The position numbers and the translations under genes are program-made. From Planctomycetota bacterium (GTDB lineage: Bacteria; Planctomycetota; UBA11346): 64,000 nucleotides of DNA. Of this stretch, positions 9,260 through 18,078 are shown one piece after another (the stretch's first letter is position 1; each line of letters starts with the position of its first letter). The stretch is taken from NCBI GenBank assembly GCA_038203025.1, contig JBBREK010000002.1, positions 172 through 64,171 on the forward strand, read 5' to 3'. Under the pieces are notes generated by a model, which ran no database searches, was not told where the DNA came from, and saw nothing but the letters and a program-made list of their open reading frames with translations.

Positions 9260-9332
9260 ACAAGCAGGCCGCGCAACACCTGCGCGGAACACGGGTTGTG
9301 CAAATGGGCCAGGATGGGTATCCTGCCGCCCG

Positions 9333-10337
9333 ATGCCCGACGAACAGGCTCCGTCACCAGCAGCGAAATCCGGCCTCGAGGACCTCGAGCGCCGCCTCGC
9401 CTCGTTCGAGCAGTCGACCAAGCGCCTCGGCCGTTCGGTCAACGACCTGGCCGAGCCCGGCCACACCTCCCCGACCCGCCCCGCCACCCGCCGCCTGAGC
9501 GACGGCGGTGGCAGCGACCACCGCAGCGAGGACATCAGCGGCCTGCGCCCGGCGATGGCCGCGCAGGGGCCGCAGACTGGGGCGCTGACGGCGCGGGCAC
9601 GGGGCGGAGCTGGCCCGACACCGGGCTTCACCTCGGCCTTCGGCAAGCCGGCAATCCCAGAAGCGCCGACGCCAACTCCCGCCCAGCACACGGAACAGAT
9701 TTTTCGCGCGGAAATCCGGGCTGCCCAGGTCCGGCCACAGCGCTGGCGCTGGATCGCCATCGGCGGTGGATCAGCAGCGCTGCTCGCCCTGCTGCTGCTG
9801 CCGCGACTCTTCCCGGTCCTGCGCGAAGGGGCGGTTTGGGCGGAGGAATCCAGCGCCACCGCCAACGCCAGCGGCCTCGTCGCCGCCATCCCCATCCGCG
9901 TTGGCGACCACGTCGTCGCGGGCCAAGAAATCCTACGCATCGCCAACGCTCCCCAATTGGCCCCGCACGATGGCACCGTTGTCCGACTGTTCGTGTCAGT
10001 CGGACAGCGCATCGCTGCTGGCGAAGCGTTGGCTTCGCTAGCTAAGCCACCCGTGCGTGTGGTGGCATCACTACCCACCTCCCTGACTCCGCTGATCGGC
10101 GACCGGGTGCGCGTCCGGCTGCTGGGTGAGGACCGCTGGATCGATGCGGCCGTCGAGGCAGTGCTCGAGGCCGGTTCCGCAGGGGCCGGCAATGCGACAC
10201 AGAGGCGGGTCGTGCTGCTTCCCGCCCCATCACCGCAACCGCTGCTACTCAATCAGGGGGCCCAATCCATGCTCCTGGGTCCGCCCAACACCGGCCGGCA
10301 GTTCCTTGCCGCCATTCGGCTCGCCCTGCCATGGTGA
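9333..10337 (+). CDS. membrane protein with HlyD-type biotin-lipoyl-like barrel (first gene of EPS locus)
   Basis: Internal ATG (MPDEQAPS...). One TM (WRWIAIGGGSAALLALLLLPRLF), then GLVAAIPIRVGDHVVAGQEILRI and GTVVRLFVSVGQRIAAGEALASL lipoyl-like halves. The stop overlaps the next gene. Confidence 0.5.
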   Translation: MPDEQAPSPAAKSGLEDLERRLASFEQSTKRLGRSVNDLAEPGHTSPTRPATRRLSDGGGSDHRSEDISGLRPAMAAQGPQTGALTARARGGAGPTPGFTSAFGKPAIPEAPTPTPAQHTEQIFRAEIRAAQVRPQRWRWIAIGGGSAALLALLLLPRLFPVLREGAVWAEESSATANASGLVAAIPIRVGDHVVAGQEILRIANAPQLAPHDGTVVRLFVSVGQRIAAGEALASLAKPPVRVVASLPTSLTPLIGDRVRVRLLGEDRWIDAAVEAVLEAGSAGAGNATQRRVVLLPAPSPQPLLLNQGAQSMLLGPPNTGRQFLAAIRLALPW

Positions 10338-11137
10338 TGCGCCTGCTCGTGCTGGCGTTGTGCTGCACCGCCCTGATGGCGGCCGAGGCTTACCAGCTCT
10401 TTCCGGGCGACCTCATCCGCATCGAGGTCTATGGTAATCCAGACCTCACCACTGAAGCGCGGGTCCCAGCGGGTGGCGAGCTCACCTTCCCGCTGATCGG
10501 CGCGGTGCCTGGCGTCGCAGGCCGCAGCGCCGAAGCCCTGTCCAGCGAACTCACCGCCAAGCTGGCTGATGGCTACATCCGCAACCCGTCGGTCACCGTG
10601 CAGGTGCGCGAATACGGCCCGCGCACAGCATGGGTGGTCGGCGCCGTCAAGGCTCCGGGGCCGGTGAAGCTTGATCCGTTGCGGCCCAGCAGTGCCCAAC
10701 AGGCAATCGGCGCCGCTGGCGGCTACGACGAGGACGCCGACCGGAGTGCAACCCAGGTAGTGCGTGACGATCCGGCCAAGCCTGGACAGAAGGCGGCCCT
10801 GCCGCTACCGCACGACCAGATCGGGCAGCAGGACGTCGAGTTGCGCCACGGCGACGTCATCGTGGTTCCACGGGCCGACCGGATCTTCGTCCTCGGCCAA
10901 GTGCAGTATCCGCGTGCCGTGCCCATCCCCTCGCGAGAGACCCTGACGGTGAGCAAAGCCATCTCCCTCGCCGGCGGGTTCGGCCGCTACGCCAAGGACA
11001 GCAGGGTCCAGCTTGTACGCCGGGATGTGCAGCCATTGGTCGTTGACGTCAGGGCTGTGCTCGATGGTGAGGCCGGAGCTGTCGATCCCGAGCTGAAAGC
11101 CGGAGACACCGTCTTCGTGCCGGAGAGCCGCTTCTGA
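10331..11137 (+). CDS. polysaccharide export protein (Wza/Poly_export + SLBB type)
   Basis: Signal peptide MVMRLLVLALCCTALMAAEA, then YQLFPGDLIRIEVYGNPDLTTEARVPAGGELTFPLIGAVPGVAGRSAEALSSELTAKLADGYIRNPSVTVQV. Confidence 0.85.
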   Translation: MVMRLLVLALCCTALMAAEAYQLFPGDLIRIEVYGNPDLTTEARVPAGGELTFPLIGAVPGVAGRSAEALSSELTAKLADGYIRNPSVTVQVREYGPRTAWVVGAVKAPGPVKLDPLRPSSAQQAIGAAGGYDEDADRSATQVVRDDPAKPGQKAALPLPHDQIGQQDVELRHGDVIVVPRADRIFVLGQVQYPRAVPIPSRETLTVSKAISLAGGFGRYAKDSRVQLVRRDVQPLVVDVRAVLDGEAGAVDPELKAGDTVFVPESRF

Positions 11138-11160
11138 GCCGCGTAGCGCTCCTCACTGCC

Positions 11161-12429
11161 TTGCTCGCCGTCGTGGCGCTGCTGCCAGCAGAGGAGGCCG
11201 AGTCACCCCAGGACCGGCCGGCACCGGTTCTGCGCGGCTTCGTCCCCTACACCGAGGTCGAGAACGACGACACGGCTGTCGCAGTCGACGGCTTCAAGTT
11301 ACTGCCGTTGGGTCGCCTAGAAGCCGGAGACCGGGCCTGGGGATTCCATCCCAAGGCCCTGGTAGGCATCGCCCTGGACGGCAATCCGCTGATGTCGCCG
11401 GACCAGGCAGACAGCGACCTCCAGACCCGGGTTGGAATTGGCTTCGAACTGCGCGGCATCGGTCGCGATGGCTGGAGCGGTGGGATCGACGCGATGCTGC
11501 GCCACCAGCAATACGCTGAGACGAGCGGTCGCAATTTCACCGGCGGCGACGCCAGGGTCCAGGTCGTCCGCACCGGCCAGACCGGCCGCTTGGCCGCTAC
11601 CGGCTCCTGGGAGCGCTCCGCAGAGCCGGTCATCGATCTGCCCCAGCAGCTGGAGCGCGAGCGCTTTGCCGCTAAGGCCGCCCTGTCGAACGAGACCCGC
11701 CGCAGTCGCGTGCTGCTGGAGGCGGGCTGGGATAGCCTCGACTATCTCGAGGATGCTCCTGGATTCGATCGCAATGCCCGCGACTACCAGCGCTGGTCGG
11801 CGAAGGGCTCCTGGTGCCTGATCGGGGCCTTCGACAGCCTGCTCGGGGTCGAACTGGCCGGTGAAACCGTCGTCCGGCCACCTGCCTCGACCGCCAACCC
11901 CTATGATAGCATCTCGCTGGGTGGACGGTGGCGTCACGCCCTGGGCCGCCGGCTTGTCAGCGACCTGCGCCTCGGCGGCAGCCTGCAGGCCTATGCCGAC
12001 GACACGCTCGGCGTGAGCGCCAACGACGACCACCTCTTGTTGTCGCCGACCTTCGACGCCCGCTTGATCTGGGCCGTCGATGAACGCTCGACTGCAGTGC
12101 TGGGCATCTCGCACAAGCTTGCCGAGGGCGTCACCGCCTCTGCTAACGCCTCCGAGATGACGGCGTTGGAAGCCAGCCTGCGGCTGCGACTGCTCGACCG
12201 CCTCGACGCCGTCGGCACGCTGTGGCATGCGCACCGGATCGACTCCGCTCCGACCGGCCCCTCCGGCACCGAGCAGCTCGATGACTCGTATGTTCGCGGC
12301 GGCCTAGACTATCGTCTGAGCAACGGCCTCGGCGTACGCCTATGGGCCTCGTGGCAGGGCCACGAGGCCGCGATCAGTTCTGATTACCGCCGATTGGTGG
12401 TCGGGCTAGAGCTGGTGGCAGCGTTGTAG
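11161..12429 (+). CDS. putative outer-membrane beta-barrel protein of the EPS locus
   Basis: 422-aa ORF with alternating beta-strand-like pattern and a C-terminal GLDYRLSNGLGVRLWASWQG...LVVGLELVAAL. The start is uncertain; an in-frame CTG at 11134 would add a better signal peptide. Confidence 0.4.
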   Translation: MLAVVALLPAEEAESPQDRPAPVLRGFVPYTEVENDDTAVAVDGFKLLPLGRLEAGDRAWGFHPKALVGIALDGNPLMSPDQADSDLQTRVGIGFELRGIGRDGWSGGIDAMLRHQQYAETSGRNFTGGDARVQVVRTGQTGRLAATGSWERSAEPVIDLPQQLERERFAAKAALSNETRRSRVLLEAGWDSLDYLEDAPGFDRNARDYQRWSAKGSWCLIGAFDSLLGVELAGETVVRPPASTANPYDSISLGGRWRHALGRRLVSDLRLGGSLQAYADDTLGVSANDDHLLLSPTFDARLIWAVDERSTAVLGISHKLAEGVTASANASEMTALEASLRLRLLDRLDAVGTLWHAHRIDSAPTGPSGTEQLDDSYVRGGLDYRLSNGLGVRLWASWQGHEAAISSDYRRLVVGLELVAAL

Positions 12430-12916
12430 TCCGACGGCCTGCGACCGGCAGGCGGCGCAGCAGCAGGAGCAGAGGAATGGCGATGGCGACCCCCACGAGA
12501 TCGCCGACCTGGTCGCCCCACTCGAAGGTGCGCGCCGCCGAGCCAAGCTGGGCCAATTCATCCGCGATGGCGATCGGGACGAACAGAGCAGCCGGGAGCC
12601 AGGGCAACATCCGCGGCGTGAACAGCCGTGTGCCCAGGCCGAGCCACAGCATGACCAGCAGGCTGGTGATGATATGGAGGTGGAAGTCCGACCGCAGCAG
12701 TAGCGGGGGATTGGCGCCGACGCCATACCACGCCTGGAGGCCCAGGATCAGACCGTGGATACGAGCCGCGTCCAGCCAGGCCAGCCCGGCCAAGAGGCCG
12801 AGGGCACAGCCCCAGCCGATCCATAGCGCAAGCAGGAGGCCGACCGGAACCATACCCCATGGTCGCAGCGGGAGCGGCCTCCTCAAGCTGGCGATCGGCG
12901 GTTCTCGCTCCATCAT
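12374..12916 (-). CDS. VanZ-like family membrane protein
   Basis: Four hydrophobic helices and IADELAQLGSAARTFEWGDQVGDLVGV (VanZ-like D/E..Q...R....D motif). The start is taken at the internal MMEREPP. 56-nt convergent overlap with the preceding gene. Confidence 0.55.
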   Translation of the reverse strand: MMEREPPIASLRRPLPLRPWGMVPVGLLLALWIGWGCALGLLAGLAWLDAARIHGLILGLQAWYGVGANPPLLLRSDFHLHIITSLLVMLWLGLGTRLFTPRMLPWLPAALFVPIAIADELAQLGSAARTFEWGDQVGDLVGVAIAIPLLLLLRRLPVAGRRTTTLPPALARPPIGGNQN

Positions 12917-12928
12917 CGCTCCTGTCGT

Positions 12929-14947
12929 ATGATCCCTCCGACCGAGACCCCGCTCCAACTCGCCGATCTGTGGGCCATGCTCGTGCGACGGCGGCACGTG
13001 GCCGGCCTGGTGGCGATGGCCGTGGCCCTGGGCGTGCTTGTGCTGCCGACAGTCGCCAGTCCGACGTTGTACCGGGCTGAAGCGACGCTGACACTGCTGC
13101 GTGGACTCAAGCCGGTCAGCTTCGGCAACGACACCGCACCCACGCTGGTGCCGGAGCAGATGGTCAATACCCAGCGTGAACTACTGGCCTCCAAGGATGT
13201 GCTTGAGGCAGCACTGGTGATGGGCGGCCTGACCGCGAATCCAACCTACGCCGGGGCCGCCGACCCGCTGTCCCTCCTGCAACGCCGCCTGCGCACCAAC
13301 GTGGTACGGAACTCGTGGGTCATCGCCGTCACCTTCGATGATGAGGACCCGGTGCGCGCCGAGACCGGCCTTCAGTCGGTACTCGACGCCTACCTCGCCC
13401 ACCAGGCCACCCGGGCCCGGGCGAGCAGCGCAGAAGACCTCTCCTTCGTCAAAACACAGCTGGCCGGTGCGGCGGCGAAGCTGCTCACGGCGCGCAATGC
13501 CGAGCGCGTCTTCCGTGCAAAGCACAGCATCGCCAGCACGGATCCCGACCACAACCATATCACCGCACGCATCCAGACCCTGGCCGAGCGCCAAGCGATC
13601 ATCGACGATAGGCTGGCCGCCAGTGCCGCCCTGTTCCGCCAGGTCCGCGCTGCCGACGCCATTGAGGACCGCCAGCAGCGCATGTCGGCCTACCTGCGCA
13701 TCGACACCATCTCCACCGCCACCGTCGTCGGCACGCTACAAAAGGACCTCTTCGCCCTGCAAGGGTTGGAGGCGGAACTGTCAGCCAAGTATCTCGACAA
13801 ACACCCCCGGCTTATCGAGGTGCGCAGCCACATCGCCGCCAAGCGAGCGCAACTCGAAGAAACGATCACCGGCGCCCGCGCCTCCATCGAAGCCGATGTC
13901 GCGCTGCTCACAGAGCAGCGTGCCGAGTTGGCCCACGCCCAGGAGGACCTGCGCTCCGATCTCAACAGCTACCGCGAGTACCTTGTAGACCTGCAGCGCC
14001 TCAGCTTGGAATCCCAGGCGTTACAGAAGGTGCACGACGAACTGCAGACACGCCAAGCGCAGCTGACTTCCATCGCTAGCTACGACGAGCGAAAGATGAG
14101 CATCGATGGCCGGCCGCGCAGCGCGGTAATGCCGAAGCAACTCGGCAGCGGCCCCCTCGCCGCACTCGCCCTTCTCGCGGCGATCGCCGCTGGAGTGTCC
14201 GCCGCCGCGGTGGCCGACAGCGTCGACCGCACGGTGCGCGATGGGCGCCAGCTGCGCACAACCACCGGCCTGCCCCTGTTTGCCAGCCTCCCGGCCATCC
14301 CCGGCGTGACCAGCCTGCGCCAGTCCGGCCCCGCCGAACCGCCGCGCCTCGCCGAAGCGATGCGCGGCCTGTGGACGGCCCTGCGCTATGCCGCCCCCGG
14401 CGACGGTTGCCGCATCATCCTGGTGGCCTCGCCAGATGCCGGGGACGGTCGCACCACCCTTGCCGCCCGGCTGGCCGCCGGTGCGGCGCTGGCCGGTGCC
14501 CGCATCCTGCTGGTCGATGCCGATCTGCGCCGACCCAGCCAGGCCACGCAGTTTGGCGAGGCGCGCCCCGTCGGCCTGGTCGATCTGCTGTCCGGCGTGC
14601 CCGAACTGTCGCCTTCGCCGACCTTCATCCCCAACCTTGACCTAATGCCGGCTGGCCAGACGCCGCCAAACCCCGGAGAACTGCTCAACAGTCATTGGCT
14701 CGGGGAGTGGCTGGCGCACTGCCGGGACCACTACGATGCGGTGGTCCTAGACGCCCCAGCTCTCGCCGACTGTGCCGATGCGCTGGTGCTTGCGGGGCAC
14801 AGCGATCTCACCTTGCTGCTCGCGCGCTGCGGCCATTCGCGTATCGATCACCTGTCCGACGCAGTCCAGCTCCTCGCGCCTGTGCACGCCCAGTTACGGG
14901 CGGTGCTGCTCGACGGTCAGGCACAGGCGGGCCACGTCAACGGCTGA
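12929..14947 (+). CDS. polysaccharide chain-length determinant (Wzz/GumC-like) fused to BY-kinase-like P-loop domain
   Basis: N-terminal Wzz TM plus a long coiled coil. C-terminal RIILVASPDAGDGRTTLAARLA...ILLVDADLRRPS...LDLMPAGQTPPNPGELL...YDAVVLDAPAL. Confidence 0.85.
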   Translation: MIPPTETPLQLADLWAMLVRRRHVAGLVAMAVALGVLVLPTVASPTLYRAEATLTLLRGLKPVSFGNDTAPTLVPEQMVNTQRELLASKDVLEAALVMGGLTANPTYAGAADPLSLLQRRLRTNVVRNSWVIAVTFDDEDPVRAETGLQSVLDAYLAHQATRARASSAEDLSFVKTQLAGAAAKLLTARNAERVFRAKHSIASTDPDHNHITARIQTLAERQAIIDDRLAASAALFRQVRAADAIEDRQQRMSAYLRIDTISTATVVGTLQKDLFALQGLEAELSAKYLDKHPRLIEVRSHIAAKRAQLEETITGARASIEADVALLTEQRAELAHAQEDLRSDLNSYREYLVDLQRLSLESQALQKVHDELQTRQAQLTSIASYDERKMSIDGRPRSAVMPKQLGSGPLAALALLAAIAAGVSAAAVADSVDRTVRDGRQLRTTTGLPLFASLPAIPGVTSLRQSGPAEPPRLAEAMRGLWTALRYAAPGDGCRIILVASPDAGDGRTTLAARLAAGAALAGARILLVDADLRRPSQATQFGEARPVGLVDLLSGVPELSPSPTFIPNLDLMPAGQTPPNPGELLNSHWLGEWLAHCRDHYDAVVLDAPALADCADALVLAGHSDLTLLLARCGHSRIDHLSDAVQLLAPVHAQLRAVLLDGQAQAGHVNG

Positions 14948-16221
14948 TGGCGACGACCCGCTTCCCTGTCGGTCGCCTCGGGGCGTTGGTCGGCAGCCAA
15001 GGCGTCTCGGCCGGCCTCGGCCTGGTCAACATCAGCCTTGCTGCCCACGCCCTGCCGGCCGCGGCGTTCGGCATGCTTGTCACCGGCCTCGGTCTGGCCC
15101 AGGGCCTGCGGCTTGCCTGCACAATGCAGTCCTGGCAGGCGCTGATCCGCCACGGCGACGGGGGCGCGCTCCGCCTAGCCGCCTCGCTGGCCTGGCTTGA
15201 GCATGCGCTCGGCGCCGCAGCCGGCGGCATCCTGCTCGTCATCTTGCACTGCGGCGGCGGCGACGCTCTCGGCCTTGGCCACGCCGGGGTCGAGGCCCTG
15301 TCCTGGTTGGCCCTTGGCATGGCCTGCAATGCCGCCGATCCCTGGCTCGGCGTCCTTCATGCTCGAGGCCGACAGGGTCTGGCCGCGGCAGTGCAGGCTG
15401 GTGGCGCAGTCCTGCGCTGCGGTGGCGTGATCCTCGCCGTGGTTGGCGGCGCGGGAATCGGCGGTTTCGTCACCGCCCACATCTGCGCCGATATTGCCGC
15501 CACCGTCGCTGCCATCCTCGCTGCCGCTCATGTCCTCGGCGCTGACCCGCACCGTCTGCTGCACGCCTGGGTCAGTCCCCTTTCCCCGAAGCGGTTGGCA
15601 AAACGCTTCCCGGGACTGGGCAGGCTGCTCGCCACCGGCTCGATGACCGCCGTCCTCGGCGCTCTCGCCTCGCAGTTCGACGTTCCGCTGGTGGCGCTGG
15701 TCCTCGGGCCTGAAGAAGCCGGCCGCTACCGACTGGTCCGCGCCCTGGCGGCGCTCGCCCTGGTCGTCTCCGTCCCGGTACGCCAGATGTGCCAAGCGCA
15801 CTGGACTGGTTCCACCGCGACTCACCTGCGGTCGATGCTGCTGCGCTCCTGGCTGGTCGCCCTTCCCGCCGGCGTCCTTGGTCTCGCCGTCATCGCGCCA
15901 TGGCTGGACCGTCTGATGCCGCTGCTGTTCGGCAATCACGCGCTTGGCCTGGGCGGAGCGGCAACCGTCATGCTGGGAGCGGCCGGACTCGCCGTGCTCG
16001 CCGCGCCGGCCCAGGCCGTTCTGGTCATCCTCCGCCGCGAGTCGTGGATTGCCCTTGGACAGGCCATTCTCGTGATGGTCCACCTCGGTCTCTTGCCTAT
16101 CCTGGCCGCCGCCGGCGGTCTGGGCTTTGCCGTGTGGTCCCTTGGTTTCGCCAGCGTGGCAATGGTCCTGACGATCGGGTTGGCGGCCTGGCTGATAAAC
16201 GGAGGCCACGGTGGGAACTAG
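14947..16221 (+). CDS. oligosaccharide flippase (Wzx / Polysacc_synt family)
   Basis: Internal ATG overlapping the previous stop (ATGA-type). 424 aa, multi-TM, MATTRFPVGRLGALVGSQGVSAGLGLVNISLAAHALPAAAFG. Confidence 0.65.
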   Translation: MATTRFPVGRLGALVGSQGVSAGLGLVNISLAAHALPAAAFGMLVTGLGLAQGLRLACTMQSWQALIRHGDGGALRLAASLAWLEHALGAAAGGILLVILHCGGGDALGLGHAGVEALSWLALGMACNAADPWLGVLHARGRQGLAAAVQAGGAVLRCGGVILAVVGGAGIGGFVTAHICADIAATVAAILAAAHVLGADPHRLLHAWVSPLSPKRLAKRFPGLGRLLATGSMTAVLGALASQFDVPLVALVLGPEEAGRYRLVRALAALALVVSVPVRQMCQAHWTGSTATHLRSMLLRSWLVALPAGVLGLAVIAPWLDRLMPLLFGNHALGLGGAATVMLGAAGLAVLAAPAQAVLVILRRESWIALGQAILVMVHLGLLPILAAAGGLGFAVWSLGFASVAMVLTIGLAAWLINGGHGGN

Positions 16222-17308
16222 GATCGCGGTCGCCGGAGAAATCTGGTCGACCAATCTGGGGGACCCCCTGATCCACCACTGCCTCGCGGATCTGCTCCGC
16301 CAGGCTGGGGCAGAGGCGGTGGTGCCGATCGACCTCGAGGACCGCCACGGTTTTCCCGCCGAGGGTTTCGCCCCTGGCGGACAACGGCGATTGCCGCCCA
16401 CCGTCCGGACCGCTGCCTGGTGGCTGCTGCGACGGGGCGGGCGCTGCGCCTCCTGGCGGCATCAGCTGGAGGGCTGCGATGCCCTGCTCCTCGGCGGTGG
16501 CCAGCTGATCGATGACATGGACATGCTCTTTCCGCCTCGCCTAGCCGCGTTAGCCGACGCCGCATACCACCTGGGAATACCGGTGGCAATCGCTGGCTGC
16601 GGGGTCGGTCAACGGTGGACGGCACTGGGACGGCGCCTGCTCGACCGCCGGCTGAGCCGGGTGCTGCGTTCGGTCCTGGTGCGTGACGAAGTCTCGGCCT
16701 CCCGCCTCGCGCAGACCTTCCCGCAATGGCCAACCGCCGCCACTGCACCAGATCCTGCGGTGTGGGCCGGCCGACTTCTCGGACCGGCGGCTGGGTCGCC
16801 CAGGGGGGCGACCATTGGTCTTGGCATCGCCCGACTCGACGGCCTGGATGACGAGGGAAGCCTGGCGTGGTGGCGGCAGCTGGTCGAGCACCTCGCCGGT
16901 GCAGGTCGGCGGTGCGGTGCGTTCACCAACGGAGCCCCCGAGGACGAGGCCCTGCTGCGCCGGCTGGACGGACTGGTCGAGACTGCCCCGCGGCCGCGAT
17001 CACCGGCTGCGCTGGTCGCCACCATAGCAGGCTACTGCTGTTTGGCCTCGCCCCGGCTGCATGCGGCGATCACCGCCTTCTCACTCGGCATCCCGGCGCT
17101 GTCGCTCTCCCCGCTCGGCAAGGTTCGCGGGTTCTGGGACATGGTCGGGGTACCGGGCCGCGCGCCGGGCGTGCCGTCCCCCCTCGAGTCGGCAGGAGCC
17201 CTCGTCGGGCTTGCCGATGGTCCAGGCGATCCGCCCGGGTCGCTCGACCGCGCCAGGTCAATGGTCGCCGAATCTGTCGGCCGGCTGCTCGCCACGACCG
17301 TCGCCTGA
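16211..17308 (+). CDS. polysaccharide pyruvyl transferase family protein (CsaB-like)
   Basis: MGTRIAVAGEIWSTNLGDPLIHHCLADLL and LLLGGGQLIDD motifs. Confidence 0.7.
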   Translation: MGTRIAVAGEIWSTNLGDPLIHHCLADLLRQAGAEAVVPIDLEDRHGFPAEGFAPGGQRRLPPTVRTAAWWLLRRGGRCASWRHQLEGCDALLLGGGQLIDDMDMLFPPRLAALADAAYHLGIPVAIAGCGVGQRWTALGRRLLDRRLSRVLRSVLVRDEVSASRLAQTFPQWPTAATAPDPAVWAGRLLGPAAGSPRGATIGLGIARLDGLDDEGSLAWWRQLVEHLAGAGRRCGAFTNGAPEDEALLRRLDGLVETAPRPRSPAALVATIAGYCCLASPRLHAAITAFSLGIPALSLSPLGKVRGFWDMVGVPGRAPGVPSPLESAGALVGLADGPGDPPGSLDRARSMVAESVGRLLATTVA

Positions 17309-18078
17309 GGCCGCCGTCGGCGGCAGAGACGGCTGCGCACGACGAAGCCCAAGACCGGCAGGACGAGCCCGAACGGCTCGATCAGATAGCGGTGCCACAT
17401 CCGGCGCGGATTGGCGGCGAAGCGGTGCAGCCACTCCAGACCCAGCCTTCCCAACCAACGAGGTGGGGTCGGCTCGGCCCCGATCAGATACTTGGCTGCC
17501 GCCCCGCAGGGCAGCAGGACCGCCTGCGGAAAGCGATGACGGTGCCGCTGCAGCCAGCGCTCCTGCCGCGGCATGCCCATGCCTGCCAGCACCAGTTGTG
17601 GTCGGTGCGCCGCCACCGCCACGGCAACTGTGGAGTCCTCCCCGCTGCCCTCTGCGAAGAAGCCGGGCGCACAAGCAAAAGGAATGCCCGGCCAGCGGAC
17701 CGCGAAAAACGTAAGGAGCGATGCCACGCTGGCCGACTCGCCGCCAACGTGATAGACCCGCCAGCCGTTGCGGTCAGCTTCATCAAGGAGCGGTTCCAGC
17801 CAGTCAAGGTAGGTGGTCCGGTATGCACGTCGGGCCGGGTGGCCGGCAAGACGGGCGACCAGCAACGCCATCATGCCGTCGGCATGGATGATCTCGGCCT
17901 CGCCAAACCAGCCGGATGGGAACGCCCCCTGCCGATGCAGCGCCAAGCTGTGCAAATTGTGGTTGGCCACCACCGCACCGCGACCGGCGCGAACCCGTCC
18001 GCCGATGGCCGCGACCAGCTCGGCCGGAGTGAGGCCGTCGATCCAGGTATCGAGGACGGGGAAGCGCGGCGGCTTCAT
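17032..18078 (-). CDS. WecB/TagA/CpsF-family glycosyltransferase (GT26) with long C-terminal extension
   Basis: VVANHNLHSLAL...HADGMMALLVARL...VYHVGGES...RPQLVLAGMGMPRQERWL...LLPCGAAAKYLIG...PPRWLGRLGLEWLHRFAANPRRMWHRY. The ORF continues about 90 aa past the usual family end. Confidence 0.8.
   Translation of the reverse strand: MKPPRFPVLDTWIDGLTPAELVAAIGGRVRAGRGAVVANHNLHSLALHRQGAFPSGWFGEAEIIHADGMMALLVARLAGHPARRAYRTTYLDWLEPLLDEADRNGWRVYHVGGESASVASLLTFFAVRWPGIPFACAPGFFAEGSGEDSTVAVAVAAHRPQLVLAGMGMPRQERWLQRHRHRFPQAVLLPCGAAAKYLIGAEPTPPRWLGRLGLEWLHRFAANPRRMWHRYLIEPFGLVLPVLGFVVRSRLCRRRRPQATVVASSRPTDSATIDLARSSDPGGSPGPSASPTRAPADSRGDGTPGARPGTPTMSQNPRTLPSGESDSAGMPSEKAVIAACSRGEAKQQ

Noticed and set aside
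8511-10252. N-terminal extensions of the track ORFs 6153-9263 (1036 aa) and 8507-10252 (581 aa), which would make giant overlapping proteins.
   Set aside because: The upstream parts are Arg/Gly/Pro-rich nonsense. The recognisable FAD-binding (MTKRIEQSFDLIVAGGG) and IclR wHTH sequences start at internal positions, and the extensions overlap the plus-strand gene at 9333-10337.
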